From: a virus | Lineage: Duplodnaviria; Caudoviricetes | Length of the DNA stretch: 64,000 nt | Virus record (IMG/VR): IMGVR_UViG_3300032327_000953 | Location: 160,001-224,000 of that record | Reading direction: 5' to 3' (one strand) | In this document: positions 1-8,153 of the stretch, one piece after another | Layout of the letters: each line of letters opens with the position of its first letter | Numbering within the stretch: the stretch's first letter is position 1 | The notes under the pieces: generated by a model | What the model saw: the letters and a program-made list of their open reading frames with translations, nothing else | The model's database searches: none | Told to the model about the DNA's origin: nothing | Position numbers and translations under genes: made by a program

Positions 1-842
1 AGGATGGATGGTATGTTAGCAGGAAGATCGACGGTGCTAGATGCGTTGCTATTGTTGACAGTAATAGCAATGCTACCTTTTATTCCCGCACGGGAAAAAA
101 CTTTGATACTCTTGATATTGTTAGCGGTGGCATTAAAGCTTTGGGACTTACTAATGTAGTTCTTGATGGAGAGCTTTGTCTTGTTGATGAAGATGGTAAT
201 GAGGATTTTCAAGGAGTAATGAAAGAACTTCGTAAGAAAGATCATACTATTCCTAATCCTTCATATAAAATCTTTGATATGATTACTCATGATGAGTTTT
301 ATAGTCAGAAGGGAGAAAAGAATAGACCATTCGGTATTAGACTCAAGAATCTTACAGAGATTATGAAGAAGAACGAATGTCCATGCTTGACACTTTTGGA
401 ACAGTCTTTGATTAAGGACGAAAACCATTTTCAAGAATTTGTTAAAGAATCTACTCAAAATGGCTGGGAGGGATTGATGCTTCGTGCCGACACTCCATAT
501 AAAGGAAAACGATCCAAAGACCTACTAAAGTATAAATCATTTTTTGATGACGAATATGAAGTTCTCGACACTGAAATGGGGCCATTCCGCTATGTTAAGA
601 ATGGTGCAGAATGTGAGGAGACTATGTTGAGTTGTGTTATGATTCAACATAAGGGTCATACTGTCAGGGTGGGTTCTGGTTTTAGTATTGATCAAAGACA
701 GGAGTTTTATAAGAACCCTAAGAAAATTCTTGGTAAGATCATTTTGGTACAATATTTCGAGGAGACAGAGAATGAAAAAGGTGGTATCTCTTTGAGGTTT
801 CCAACATTCAAATATCTATATGGAGATTCTAGAGATACATAA
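1..842 (+). CDS. lig: ATP-dependent DNA ligase (5' partial; frame open from nt 3)
   Basis: Frame upstream of the listed ORF reads SRKIDGARC (KxDGxR motif I); also LDGEL, YKIFD, EGLMLR, LLKYK, VGSG and LRFP ligase motifs. Confidence 0.95.
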   Translation, partial: DGWYVSRKIDGARCVAIVDSNSNATFYSRTGKNFDTLDIVSGGIKALGLTNVVLDGELCLVDEDGNEDFQGVMKELRKKDHTIPNPSYKIFDMITHDEFYSQKGEKNRPFGIRLKNLTEIMKKNECPCLTLLEQSLIKDENHFQEFVKESTQNGWEGLMLRADTPYKGKRSKDLLKYKSFFDDEYEVLDTEMGPFRYVKNGAECEETMLSCVMIQHKGHTVRVGSGFSIDQRQEFYKNPKKILGKIILVQYFEETENEKGGISLRFPTFKYLYGDSRDT

Positions 843-906
843 TCTTCTTCAAAAAACTGGGAATATTTTGGGACATTTGGTGTAACTATTAGTAGGAGAA
901 AACCAA

Positions 907-1527
907 ATGAAAAAGAATAAAATCTGCTCTTCTTGTAAAATAGAACATAACGAATGGAAAAAAGGAACATGGTGCAAAAATTGTAATAAAAAATGTCAGC
1001 AAGAATGGTATAAAAAGAATAAAGTCGATGTACTAGATAGAGTTACTAATAATTACATTCAAAATAAAGACTCTAAGCTAGAATATGCCAAAAAATATAG
1101 AGAAGAAAATAAAGAGAAAGTACAAGAATACTTTGATAAGAATAAAAACAAAATATATAAGCAAAGAGCAAAGAGAGAAAAAGCAAGAAGAAAAGAGGAT
1201 GTCTCATTTAGAATAACACAAAACTTAAGATTTAGATTAAGAAACGCTATCAAAAAAAATCAAAAAATAACAACCACCATAGAATACATAGGATGTACAA
1301 TAGAAGAACTAAAGATTCATCTAGAATTAAGATTCATAAAAGGTATGACTTGGGAAAATTATGGGAAATGGCATATAGATCACATATTACCGTGTTCGTC
1401 ATTTGATATGTCCAAAGAATCAGAACAAAGAAAATGTTTTCACTATACAAATTTACAACCATTATGGGCGATAGATAATATGAAGAAAAGCAATAAGATT
1501 CTTCATGGAGAAGAAAGAGACATTTAA
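907..1527 (+). CDS. HNH-family homing endonuclease
   Basis: N-terminal CxxC..CxxC; C-terminal HIDHILP..CFHYTNLQPLW..DN; own AGGAG RBS. Confidence 0.8.
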   Translation: MKKNKICSSCKIEHNEWKKGTWCKNCNKKCQQEWYKKNKVDVLDRVTNNYIQNKDSKLEYAKKYREENKEKVQEYFDKNKNKIYKQRAKREKARRKEDVSFRITQNLRFRLRNAIKKNQKITTTIEYIGCTIEELKIHLELRFIKGMTWENYGKWHIDHILPCSSFDMSKESEQRKCFHYTNLQPLWAIDNMKKSNKILHGEERDI

Positions 1528-1567
1528 CTATGGTGTATGGTATAGTCCCGCCTTAAAGGAGCCTACC

Positions 1568-2011
1568 ATGCACAAAATAGTTATTAGGTCAATTTTTTAT
1601 CACTGGCTATTTTTATTTGTCGGTGTTGCTATAGGATTTATCTGCAACTCAGAATATGTTGGAGAAAAAGCTGTTATTATAGAAAGATCAATCAAAAATA
1701 TCTTTTTCCCTTTGGAATATAATGAGGATATAGAAAACTATATTAAGTGGATGGGTAGAAATAGAATACATTCTGAGTTAGGATATCCTCATGATTTTCA
1801 AATTCTTGAAGATGTTGTTAAGGGAGACGAATATTATTGGGCTATAGCTAAATATACCGATGTAAAAACGGGCAAAGAAATTAAAACTATAGTTAGTACA
1901 AGAGTAAGATGGAAACCTTGGGAATATGGTTATCATACTAAACAATTTGGAAAAATTGTTAAAGAAAAAGAAGAAGCAAATTTGCACAGCAAGGTCGATA
2001 AAGAAAACTAA
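1568..2011 (+). CDS. hypothetical membrane-anchored protein
   Basis: AAGGAG RBS before ATG 1568; N-terminal hydrophobic helix (YHWLFLFVGVAIGFIC). Confidence 0.6.
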   Translation: MHKIVIRSIFYHWLFLFVGVAIGFICNSEYVGEKAVIIERSIKNIFFPLEYNEDIENYIKWMGRNRIHSELGYPHDFQILEDVVKGDEYYWAIAKYTDVKTGKEIKTIVSTRVRWKPWEYGYHTKQFGKIVKEKEEANLHSKVDKEN

Positions 2012-2022
2012 AGAAGCGTGGC

Positions 2023-2051
2023 TTGACAAGACGATAAGACTAGTGTAGAAT
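2023..2051 (+). promoter_or_regulatory. sigma70-type promoter
   Basis: TTGACA-17 nt-TAGAAT in intergenic DNA. Confidence 0.85.
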
Positions 2052-2088
2052 CGCAACATACACTTTGGAACCAAACTTTGAGGACAAG

Positions 2089-2787
2089 ATGACAGAGCAA
2101 GTTATTGAGAAAAAGCCGATTGTTATGAGTACGAGCAAGGCCGACGAGTTTTTTAAGAATTTCCCCAAGGATAAAGTAGTTGCTTATAAAGACTATTGGG
2201 AAAGCGTTCGCCCCAAGACTGACGAAGATATTTTTCGTCGATATCTTTTTGCGTACTGTTCAGTCCATACCACTTGGCAGGGCAACGTAAAGGGATACAA
2301 TGCTATCAAGAATTTTAATGAATGGATAGACAGTAAAGAAATTCTTTTGACAAAACTTCACAAGAGCGGCGTTGGTCTACACAATAATCGCACCAACTAT
2401 ATCTGGGATTTCAGCACCAAGTTTTGGGCTAATCCTAAAGATTTTTATCTTACTACCAAAAAGTATCATGTTAAAAAGCGTGACAGTATTCTGAATAAGA
2501 TTAGCGGAATTGGCCTAGCTAAAATTAGCTTTGCATTGGAGATGGTTCATCCTAATGAGGCTAGAGTATTGTGTGGAGACATTCATCAGCTTCGACTTTA
2601 CGATGTAGAGGCTTTGAAATATAATAAGAGTAAGTCTGGTTCCGAAATCTATAAAAAGATGGAGAGGCACTGGATAGTTAATTGTGGAAAACTTAAAGTT
2701 CCTTCTTATGTTGCACGATCTATCTATTGGGATGATCTTCAAAAGAAGGAAGATAGTCGCTACTGGAGTTATGTTCTGGAGAGTTAA
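2089..2787 (+). CDS. HhH-GPD DNA glycosylase/AP lyase-like protein (OGG/endonuclease III-like)
   Basis: ISGIGLAKISFAL helix-hairpin-helix plus CGDIHQLR (cf. xxDxHxxR catalytic Asp motif). Confidence 0.6.
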   Translation: MTEQVIEKKPIVMSTSKADEFFKNFPKDKVVAYKDYWESVRPKTDEDIFRRYLFAYCSVHTTWQGNVKGYNAIKNFNEWIDSKEILLTKLHKSGVGLHNNRTNYIWDFSTKFWANPKDFYLTTKKYHVKKRDSILNKISGIGLAKISFALEMVHPNEARVLCGDIHQLRLYDVEALKYNKSKSGSEIYKKMERHWIVNCGKLKVPSYVARSIYWDDLQKKEDSRYWSYVLES

Positions 2788-2789
2788 TT

Positions 2790-2915
2790 ATGCAGAATGG
2801 TAAAGGTTCTAAAAGACGACCAAGTGTAGTATCTCAAGAAACTTGGTCAAAAAATTACGATAAAATCTTTAGAAAGAACAAAGATGGGAAGCGTAACGAA
2901 TCTAAAAGAAAATAA
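2790..2915 (+). CDS. small basic phage protein (41 aa), not in the ORF track
   Basis: MQNGKGSKRRPSVVSQETWSKNYDKIFRK, resembling a recurrent GKGSxxRP..N(W/Y)DxIF small phage protein. Confidence 0.6.
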   Translation: MQNGKGSKRRPSVVSQETWSKNYDKIFRKNKDGKRNESKRK

Positions 2916-3162
2916 AACACTGTTCATTCCTTGCTCTTGTAAGAGTGAAATTTTGGTTATCGAATATGATCACGACATAGATATGGCTGACTTGGCAATA
3001 TTTGAGCATTATACAAATTATGGCAATAAGATGTCATTATGGCAGTGTTTAAGATATTGTTATCAAGTTTTAGTCAATAAAAAGCCCTACTCTGATCAAA
3101 TGGTCTTGGATAAGAAACAACTCAAAGATTTACAAAAATTCTTGAACGGGCTTACCATGTAA
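2884..3162 (+). CDS. hypothetical protein
   Basis: ORF track; CxC near N-terminus; packed in operon. Confidence 0.55.
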   Translation: MGSVTNLKENKTLFIPCSCKSEILVIEYDHDIDMADLAIFEHYTNYGNKMSLWQCLRYCYQVLVNKKPYSDQMVLDKKQLKDLQKFLNGLTM

Positions 3163-3214
3163 GGTGTATTATAACCTTAGCTGCTACACCATATCATAAT
3201 CAAGGAGACTCAAA

Positions 3215-3427
3215 ATGGTGATCATTAAGCACGTTAATGAATATCTTGCCGATCAATTATCTGAAAGAGTTTCTCATTTACAAGATGCTCTAAATCAAGC
3301 AGAAAAAATAATTCAAACTCTTGATGAAGAAAATAATAGATTAAAAGATCTTCTTATGAGTTTATCTTCAACCGAAAGCTCTGGCTATATTATTGATAGC
3401 GAAGCTTTTGAGACTCAGTTATGTTAA
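3215..3427 (+). CDS. hypothetical coiled-coil protein
   Basis: AAGGAG RBS; heptad pattern. Confidence 0.6.
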   Translation: MVIIKHVNEYLADQLSERVSHLQDALNQAEKIIQTLDEENNRLKDLLMSLSSTESSGYIIDSEAFETQLC

Positions 3428-3910
3428 ATGAATAACCAAACTAGGTATGTAATTTGTTTTGTATTATTACTGGTACTTTATTACCACCACAATAATAAAC
3501 AGCAAAAAATCATACCAGAGGTAGTAAAACCAGTTCCTTCTGTTGTTATTCCAGAAATTATTCCAGATGTTCCTAAACCAAAACCAGTGGTTCCATCTGA
3601 TATCATCATAGACAATTATGAGTTAGCTATATCTTGTGGTAAAAAACTAGATAAGCCAATTCTTTTGGTCTTTACTGCTGACTGGTGTGGATATTGTCGA
3701 TCTCTTAAAAGAGAATTGAAGTCAATAATTCCTAATCATAAATATGTTGTCTGTTTTTTAGATATAGATAATGAACTAAATGAAAAATTAGTTAATCAAT
3801 TTAATATTAAGTCTTTACCCACATCTATTATAATGGATCAAAAACAAAATAAAGAAATAAAGAGGCAAACTGGTTTCCTCAAGGAATCATATAAATCATG
3901 GCTTAGGTGA
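3428..3910 (+). CDS. exported/membrane-anchored thioredoxin-like protein
   Basis: N-terminal hydrophobic segment, Pro-rich linker, FTADWCGYC active site, SLPT cis-Pro loop. Confidence 0.85.
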   Translation: MNNQTRYVICFVLLLVLYYHHNNKQQKIIPEVVKPVPSVVIPEIIPDVPKPKPVVPSDIIIDNYELAISCGKKLDKPILLVFTADWCGYCRSLKRELKSIIPNHKYVVCFLDIDNELNEKLVNQFNIKSLPTSIIMDQKQNKEIKRQTGFLKESYKSWLR

Positions 3911-4779
3911 TTATTATGTTAAGACTATCTCAAATCATACTAATGATTTTTATTGCACTGTATGGGATGAATCCTAATTTTGCAGAAGATACATTGACTC
4001 ATCTTAACTATAAAGCCAGATTTGTTAAACTTAAAGATAATCATAGAGTTAGAACATACGGATTAAGCTTTATTAAAATTCCAAAGTATAGAGATATAGA
4101 AGATCGTGGGATAATTTATCAAGATGTTCTTAGTTATTCTAAACAAAAACCTTTTGGTGATGAATCTGGAAGAAATATCAATGTACATGAAACTGTGCAT
4201 GGTATTCACTCTGATGTTAGAAACGAATATGAGAAGAAATTGGGATACAAGCTAAATGCTTTATACTGTTTAGATGGAAATGTTATCTTGCTCAAAGAAC
4301 CAAATATAACCATAAGACATGTTATAAAATATGTTCCAGAAGAATTACGATCCTATAGATGGAATTTATACTTTGTACAGCAATTATCAAATTGGGATGA
4401 TCAACCAACATATATTTTAGATGAGTGGATAGCCTATATATTAGGATCTAAATGTGCAGTAAATGATCATGAGCTAGGTATAAATACACACAAGTCTGAT
4501 GCAATATCTGGGTGCTTAGACTTTAGTATATACGCGATAGCTTTTGCAATGGCTGTTAAAGAGCATGATCCAAATTACTGGAAAAATCATCCTGAATTTA
4601 AAGAAACTATAAAATATCATCTAATTCAAGCAGAAAAAACTATTGGGGCTGGGTTAGATATTTCAGAATTCAATAGTGAGAAACAAGATATTCTGTATAA
4701 TAATTTACTTCATCATGTAAATGGCGAAGATATTAGAGAATTTTTATTTGATGAGTTTGAAGGAATTTTCGTAGATTGA
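3907..4779 (+). CDS. putative exported zinc metallopeptidase (zincin)
   Basis: Signal-like N-terminus; HETVH (HExxH) plus downstream LDEW third-ligand candidate. Confidence 0.5.
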   Translation: MIIMLRLSQIILMIFIALYGMNPNFAEDTLTHLNYKARFVKLKDNHRVRTYGLSFIKIPKYRDIEDRGIIYQDVLSYSKQKPFGDESGRNINVHETVHGIHSDVRNEYEKKLGYKLNALYCLDGNVILLKEPNITIRHVIKYVPEELRSYRWNLYFVQQLSNWDDQPTYILDEWIAYILGSKCAVNDHELGINTHKSDAISGCLDFSIYAIAFAMAVKEHDPNYWKNHPEFKETIKYHLIQAEKTIGAGLDISEFNSEKQDILYNNLLHHVNGEDIREFLFDEFEGIFVD

Positions 4780-4804
4780 CAAGTCAAACAGGGTGTGGTA
4801 CAAT
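4776..4804 (+). promoter_or_regulatory. sigma70-type promoter
   Basis: TTGACA-17 nt-TACAAT with TG at the extended -10 position. Confidence 0.85.
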
Positions 4805-4837
4805 AAGTATATTTCCCACAAGCAATGAGGATATAAC

Positions 4838-4960
4838 ATGATCCAAGAACTAGTTCCAGTTATGGGGTATTATCAAGCAATGTTACTAGCTGGCTATACT
4901 AGCTATCAAATTCAAGAAATAATGAAAGGGTCAACTTATGAATCAATTTCACAAGAGTAA
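4838..4960 (+). CDS. small hypothetical protein (40 aa)
   Basis: GAGG RBS, ATG directly downstream of the promoter; MIQELVPVMGYY... Confidence 0.4.
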   Translation: MIQELVPVMGYYQAMLLAGYTSYQIQEIMKGSTYESISQE

Positions 4961-5123
4961 TAAGAATAGGGTTTTCTTTGGTGTTTGTGGGGGTCTTGCT
5001 GAAAGTCTAGGATTAGATGTTTCTGTAGTCAGACTAGGATTTGTTGCTGGTGCAATTTTTACTGGTAGTATTCTTTTCTGGGCATATTTACTGATGGCTC
5101 TGGTTCTTCCAACAGAGGATTAA
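4938..5123 (+). CDS. pspC: PspC-domain membrane protein
   Basis: RVFFGVCGGLAESLG..VVRLGFV..AYLLMALVLP matches the PspC pattern. Confidence 0.85.
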   Translation: MNQFHKSNKNRVFFGVCGGLAESLGLDVSVVRLGFVAGAIFTGSILFWAYLLMALVLPTED

Positions 5124-5127
5124 TAAG

Positions 5128-5745
5128 ATGGATACGATAGTTGGTCAGAAAGTATTCTTTACTGCTGATCTTCACCTTGGACATAGAAATATCATAGGAT
5201 ATTGTAATCGTCCTTTTTCTAGTGGTGGAGAAATGGATGCTAAAATTATTTCTTCTATAAACGAAACTGTTGGACAAAACGATATTCTTTATATTATAGG
5301 AGATTTCTGCCATAAGGGTGGAACTGCTCTATCTTATAGAGAAAGAATAGTTTGTGAGAATGTTCATATTATTCTTGGTAATCATGATGAGCCAACCAAA
5401 TTCACTAGTGGATTTTCTAGTGTCTCTGATCAGAAAATGATTCTGTATATTAATCAAAAAATATTTATGTGCCATTATCCTATGAGAAGTTGGTCTGGTA
5501 GCTATAGAAAAAGCTGGATGCTATATGGTCATGTTCATGGTAGACTTCATCGTGAGGACGTTGCTTCTGGAACGCTCACGCTTGATGTAGGCGTGGATAA
5601 TAAAAGAGATGGGGTAGAGTTTGGTACTCCTTGGAGTTTTAAAGACGTTCAACAACAATTTCTGGCGAGAACGAAAAAAATTTCAAGGTCGCCCATTGAC
5701 AATGACGATACTCTGTTGTACAATCGAAGGAACAACGCGAGGTAA
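5128..5745 (+). CDS. calcineurin-like metallophosphoesterase
   Basis: DLHLGH, GD, GNHD, CHYP and GHVH motifs. Confidence 0.9.
   Translation: MDTIVGQKVFFTADLHLGHRNIIGYCNRPFSSGGEMDAKIISSINETVGQNDILYIIGDFCHKGGTALSYRERIVCENVHIILGNHDEPTKFTSGFSSVSDQKMILYINQKIFMCHYPMRSWSGSYRKSWMLYGHVHGRLHREDVASGTLTLDVGVDNKRDGVEFGTPWSFKDVQQQFLARTKKISRSPIDNDDTLLYNRRNNAR
5696..5724 (+). promoter_or_regulatory. sigma70-type promoter inside the 3' end of the phosphoesterase gene
   Basis: TTGACA-17 nt-TACAAT. Confidence 0.8.
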
Positions 5746-5804
5746 GATCAGTCGCCTGACTGAGCCTCATGTTGAAAGATTGGTTAAGAATTTGGAGGTT
5801 GATT

Positions 5805-6089
5805 ATGGCTGAAGTTACTACTACTGATAAGCAGAGTCGTGTTCGTTGTGATGATGATACTTTTCTTGAGGCAGTTTTTTCCAGCAAGACTTATGCTGAG
5901 ATTGCTGTAAAGACTGGTCAGAAGGTTGCTAGTACGATGGCTCGTTATGCTCGTACAAAGGCTGCTCTTGCTAAGAAGGGTATTGACCTTCCTGCGATGG
6001 AACGAGCAAAGCCTGTTAAGACTGTGGATAATGTCGAAGCTATGGCTGAGACTGTTCGCCGCCTAAAGGCTGCTCATTCTAACGGCTGA
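5805..6089 (+). CDS. small basic, probably DNA-binding (HTH-like) early protein
   Basis: GGAGG RBS; TYAEIAVKTGQKVASTMARY helix pattern. Confidence 0.6.
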   Translation: MAEVTTTDKQSRVRCDDDTFLEAVFSSKTYAEIAVKTGQKVASTMARYARTKAALAKKGIDLPAMERAKPVKTVDNVEAMAETVRRLKAAHSNG

Positions 6090-6106
6090 GTTTTAGTGTA
6101 AACCAA

Positions 6107-6194
6107 ATGCTTCCAACTACATCCCTCATAAAAATTAGTAGAGACACATAGACAAACATCTAACTAATTGTTATGATATGTAGCTTGGAGGTAT
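6107..6194 (+). other. long rod-like RNA hairpin directly upstream of the tRNA
   Basis: 6107-6122 pairs with 6178-6194, 6126-6131 with 6171-6176, 6133-6138 with 6164-6169, 6139-6142 with 6159-6162. Confidence 0.7.
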
Positions 6195-6196
6195 AC

Positions 6197-6471
6197 GGGA
6201 GCGTAATCCAATGGCAGAGATAAAGGACTTATACAATTTGAGTGCGTAAAGAGAAATCTTTAATGTAGAACCTGTCAAATTCGGTGGAGGCTTAACTGCT
6301 AATACCGAGCCAAGCTTAATAGAAATATTATGAAGGTGTAGAGACTTGACGGCAGGAACCTAAAACGAAAGTTATGGTTAAGATAAAGTCCAGACCACAA
6401 ACAGAAATGGTAGTGAAAACTATAGTGGTAAGAAAATCCTTCAAGTGTGGGTTCGAGTCCCACCGCTCCTA
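6197..6471 (+). tRNA. trnL-UAA: tRNA-Leu(UAA), exons 6197-6230 and 6433-6471, short variable loop, CCA not encoded
   Basis: Spliced form GGGAGCG TA ATCCAATGGCAGAGAT A AAGGA CTTAAAA TCCTT CAAGT GTGGG TTCGAGT CCCAC CGCTCCT A folds as a cloverleaf. Confidence 0.92.
6231..6432 (+). ncRNA. ORF-less group I self-splicing intron (IC3-like, 202 nt)
   Basis: Inserted after U34; P1 U6230:G6240 wobble; P3 CCTGTC/GGCAGG; P4 TTCGGT/ACCGAG; P7 GAGACT/AGTC; GAAA tetraloops; terminal G6432. Confidence 0.92.
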
Positions 6472-6924
6472 CTTATTTTTTCCACGATAATTATCGGTTA
6501 AGGCATGACAGTTTGGGCAAAGTAAAATTAGATTAGTTAACTCATTATTATAATGATCTCCGTCAATATGATGGAGTTCTAGAGGTATAGAGTGATTTAA
6601 CCATTTGGTTTGTTTGCATTTAGAACACTTATGTTCAAAAACATTCTCAGATAATAATCTTTTCTTTAGCCTAAAACTCTGAACAACAGAATTCTTAGTG
6701 AGATAAAAATGGACAGGTTTTTTAGGGCCAGTAATTTTTCCTTTATTCCAAGACTGACCGCCGAAATGAGAAGTATCAATACTATATTTAGATATTCTTC
6801 TTTTAACTGTTTGATAATTACCTCCCGCTGGAACAATACCAAGTTTATCTAATACTTGTCTAATTGAACGAGAATTTTGAACAGCATTTTTGAGATCATC
6901 GACCGAATATTTATGTCTTTCCAT
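6469..6924 (-). CDS. free-standing HNH endonuclease
   Basis: CSKC..LELHHIDGDHYNNELTNLILLCPNCH; GGAG RBS on the minus strand. Confidence 0.9.
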   Translation of the reverse strand: MERHKYSVDDLKNAVQNSRSIRQVLDKLGIVPAGGNYQTVKRRISKYSIDTSHFGGQSWNKGKITGPKKPVHFYLTKNSVVQSFRLKKRLLSENVFEHKCSKCKQTKWLNHSIPLELHHIDGDHYNNELTNLILLCPNCHALTDNYRGKNK

Positions 6925-6992
6925 AGTTGACTCCTTGATAGGTATAGGCTATGATAGTAGTACACCAAAGCGTTTGCAGGATATAAAATCTT

Positions 6993-7214
6993 ATGACATT
7001 CGACCACTGGATAAATGAAGTTGAAGGATATAGCGTTAGGCACGAAAGAGCTATAAGCGACATAAGAAATTGTGTTGCAAAAGGTAAAACTGACGATATA
7101 ATCAAGTGGTTGATGGCAGCTTATGCTATGGGCCATGAACAAGGTTATGATACTGGACATTATGATGGTAAGAAAGATTGCAAAGAACATTTTGATGAAT
7201 ATGGATGGGTATAA
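6993..7214 (+). CDS. hypothetical protein
   Basis: ORF track; GHEQGYDTGHYDG motif. Confidence 0.6.
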   Translation: MTFDHWINEVEGYSVRHERAISDIRNCVAKGKTDDIIKWLMAAYAMGHEQGYDTGHYDGKKDCKEHFDEYGWV

Positions 7215-7216
7215 TT

Positions 7217-7426
7217 ATGAAAATCCACAACAAAACACACATTACTTTAACTCTTGATGATATTGAAAAAGCTATTGAAAGATATATTGACAGCGAGATT
7301 ATTGAAGCACCCAATGGTTTAGATATCAAGTTTATAGTTCATGATGTTTACCAGAAAGATAGTTTAACCGGATATTACAAGTCTGAATTTGTTGGTGCTG
7401 AAGTTACAATAAAGGACGATGTTTGA
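7217..7426 (+). CDS. hypothetical protein
   Basis: ORF track; tightly packed. Confidence 0.55.
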   Translation: MKIHNKTHITLTLDDIEKAIERYIDSEIIEAPNGLDIKFIVHDVYQKDSLTGYYKSEFVGAEVTIKDDV

Positions 7427-7824
7427 TTGAAGAATATGAGAATTGGGAAGATGGTATAAGAAGGACATTTATAGAATTAGCAACTTATATGGAAAAAAAT
7501 GCAGATCCTATTGATTATTTGATCGAATTTGCTTGGGCAAATGGTGCTGATCGTTTTGTGGTAAATAATGCCAAAGACGAACTAAAGAAACTAAAAGACA
7601 AAAATAAAGAACTGGCTCTTGAGGCTTTTAAAGCTAATGAATTTGCACTAGCAGAAACTAATCGTTGGCTTAGTTGTGAAAAAGAAATAGCACAATTTAA
7701 AAAAGCTATGTCCAATCCTGTTGCTTGGGCTAGGATTAATGATCGTGGAGATTTGTTTGATCTTAGACTTCAAAACAATCCTTATATTGATCAGGATACT
7801 GTGGTTCCCCTATATAGGAAATAA
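7423..7824 (+). CDS. hypothetical protein with coiled coil
   Basis: TTG start overlapping the previous stop; AAGGA RBS. Confidence 0.6.
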   Translation: MIEEYENWEDGIRRTFIELATYMEKNADPIDYLIEFAWANGADRFVVNNAKDELKKLKDKNKELALEAFKANEFALAETNRWLSCEKEIAQFKKAMSNPVAWARINDRGDLFDLRLQNNPYIDQDTVVPLYRK

Positions 7825-7825
7825 A

Positions 7826-8152
7826 ATGAGACCAAGAGGAAATAGATTATGTCGAGCAGAAGTTAAGAATCATAATCCTAAATCTCCGATAGATACCTTC
7901 GTTCTTGTTACAGTAAGAGAATTTAATGATGATGAGGGCGGCACATACATAGACGAGATCAATACTGCTGCTCAATTTCTAGCAACTGAGAGCGAGGCTT
8001 ATGATGAGCCGTTCTATCAGATTTATGGTAAGAGATATATGGATGATATAATGTCTGGCCCGATGTTTCTTGGAGAGTTTTACGATCTAGACAAGGCTCT
8101 TAATTTTCTTTACTATTTAACTGGCGAAGAAGCACAAGTTATTTCTTATTGA
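7826..8152 (+). CDS. hypothetical protein
   Basis: ATG at 7826 right after the previous stop. Confidence 0.6.
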   Translation: MRPRGNRLCRAEVKNHNPKSPIDTFVLVTVREFNDDEGGTYIDEINTAAQFLATESEAYDEPFYQIYGKRYMDDIMSGPMFLGEFYDLDKALNFLYYLTGEEAQVISY

Positions 8153-8153
8153 T

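Noticed and set aside
5621-5812. 63-aa ORF between the phosphoesterase and 5805
   Set aside because: Overlaps both neighbours and runs through a consensus promoter; no clear RBS
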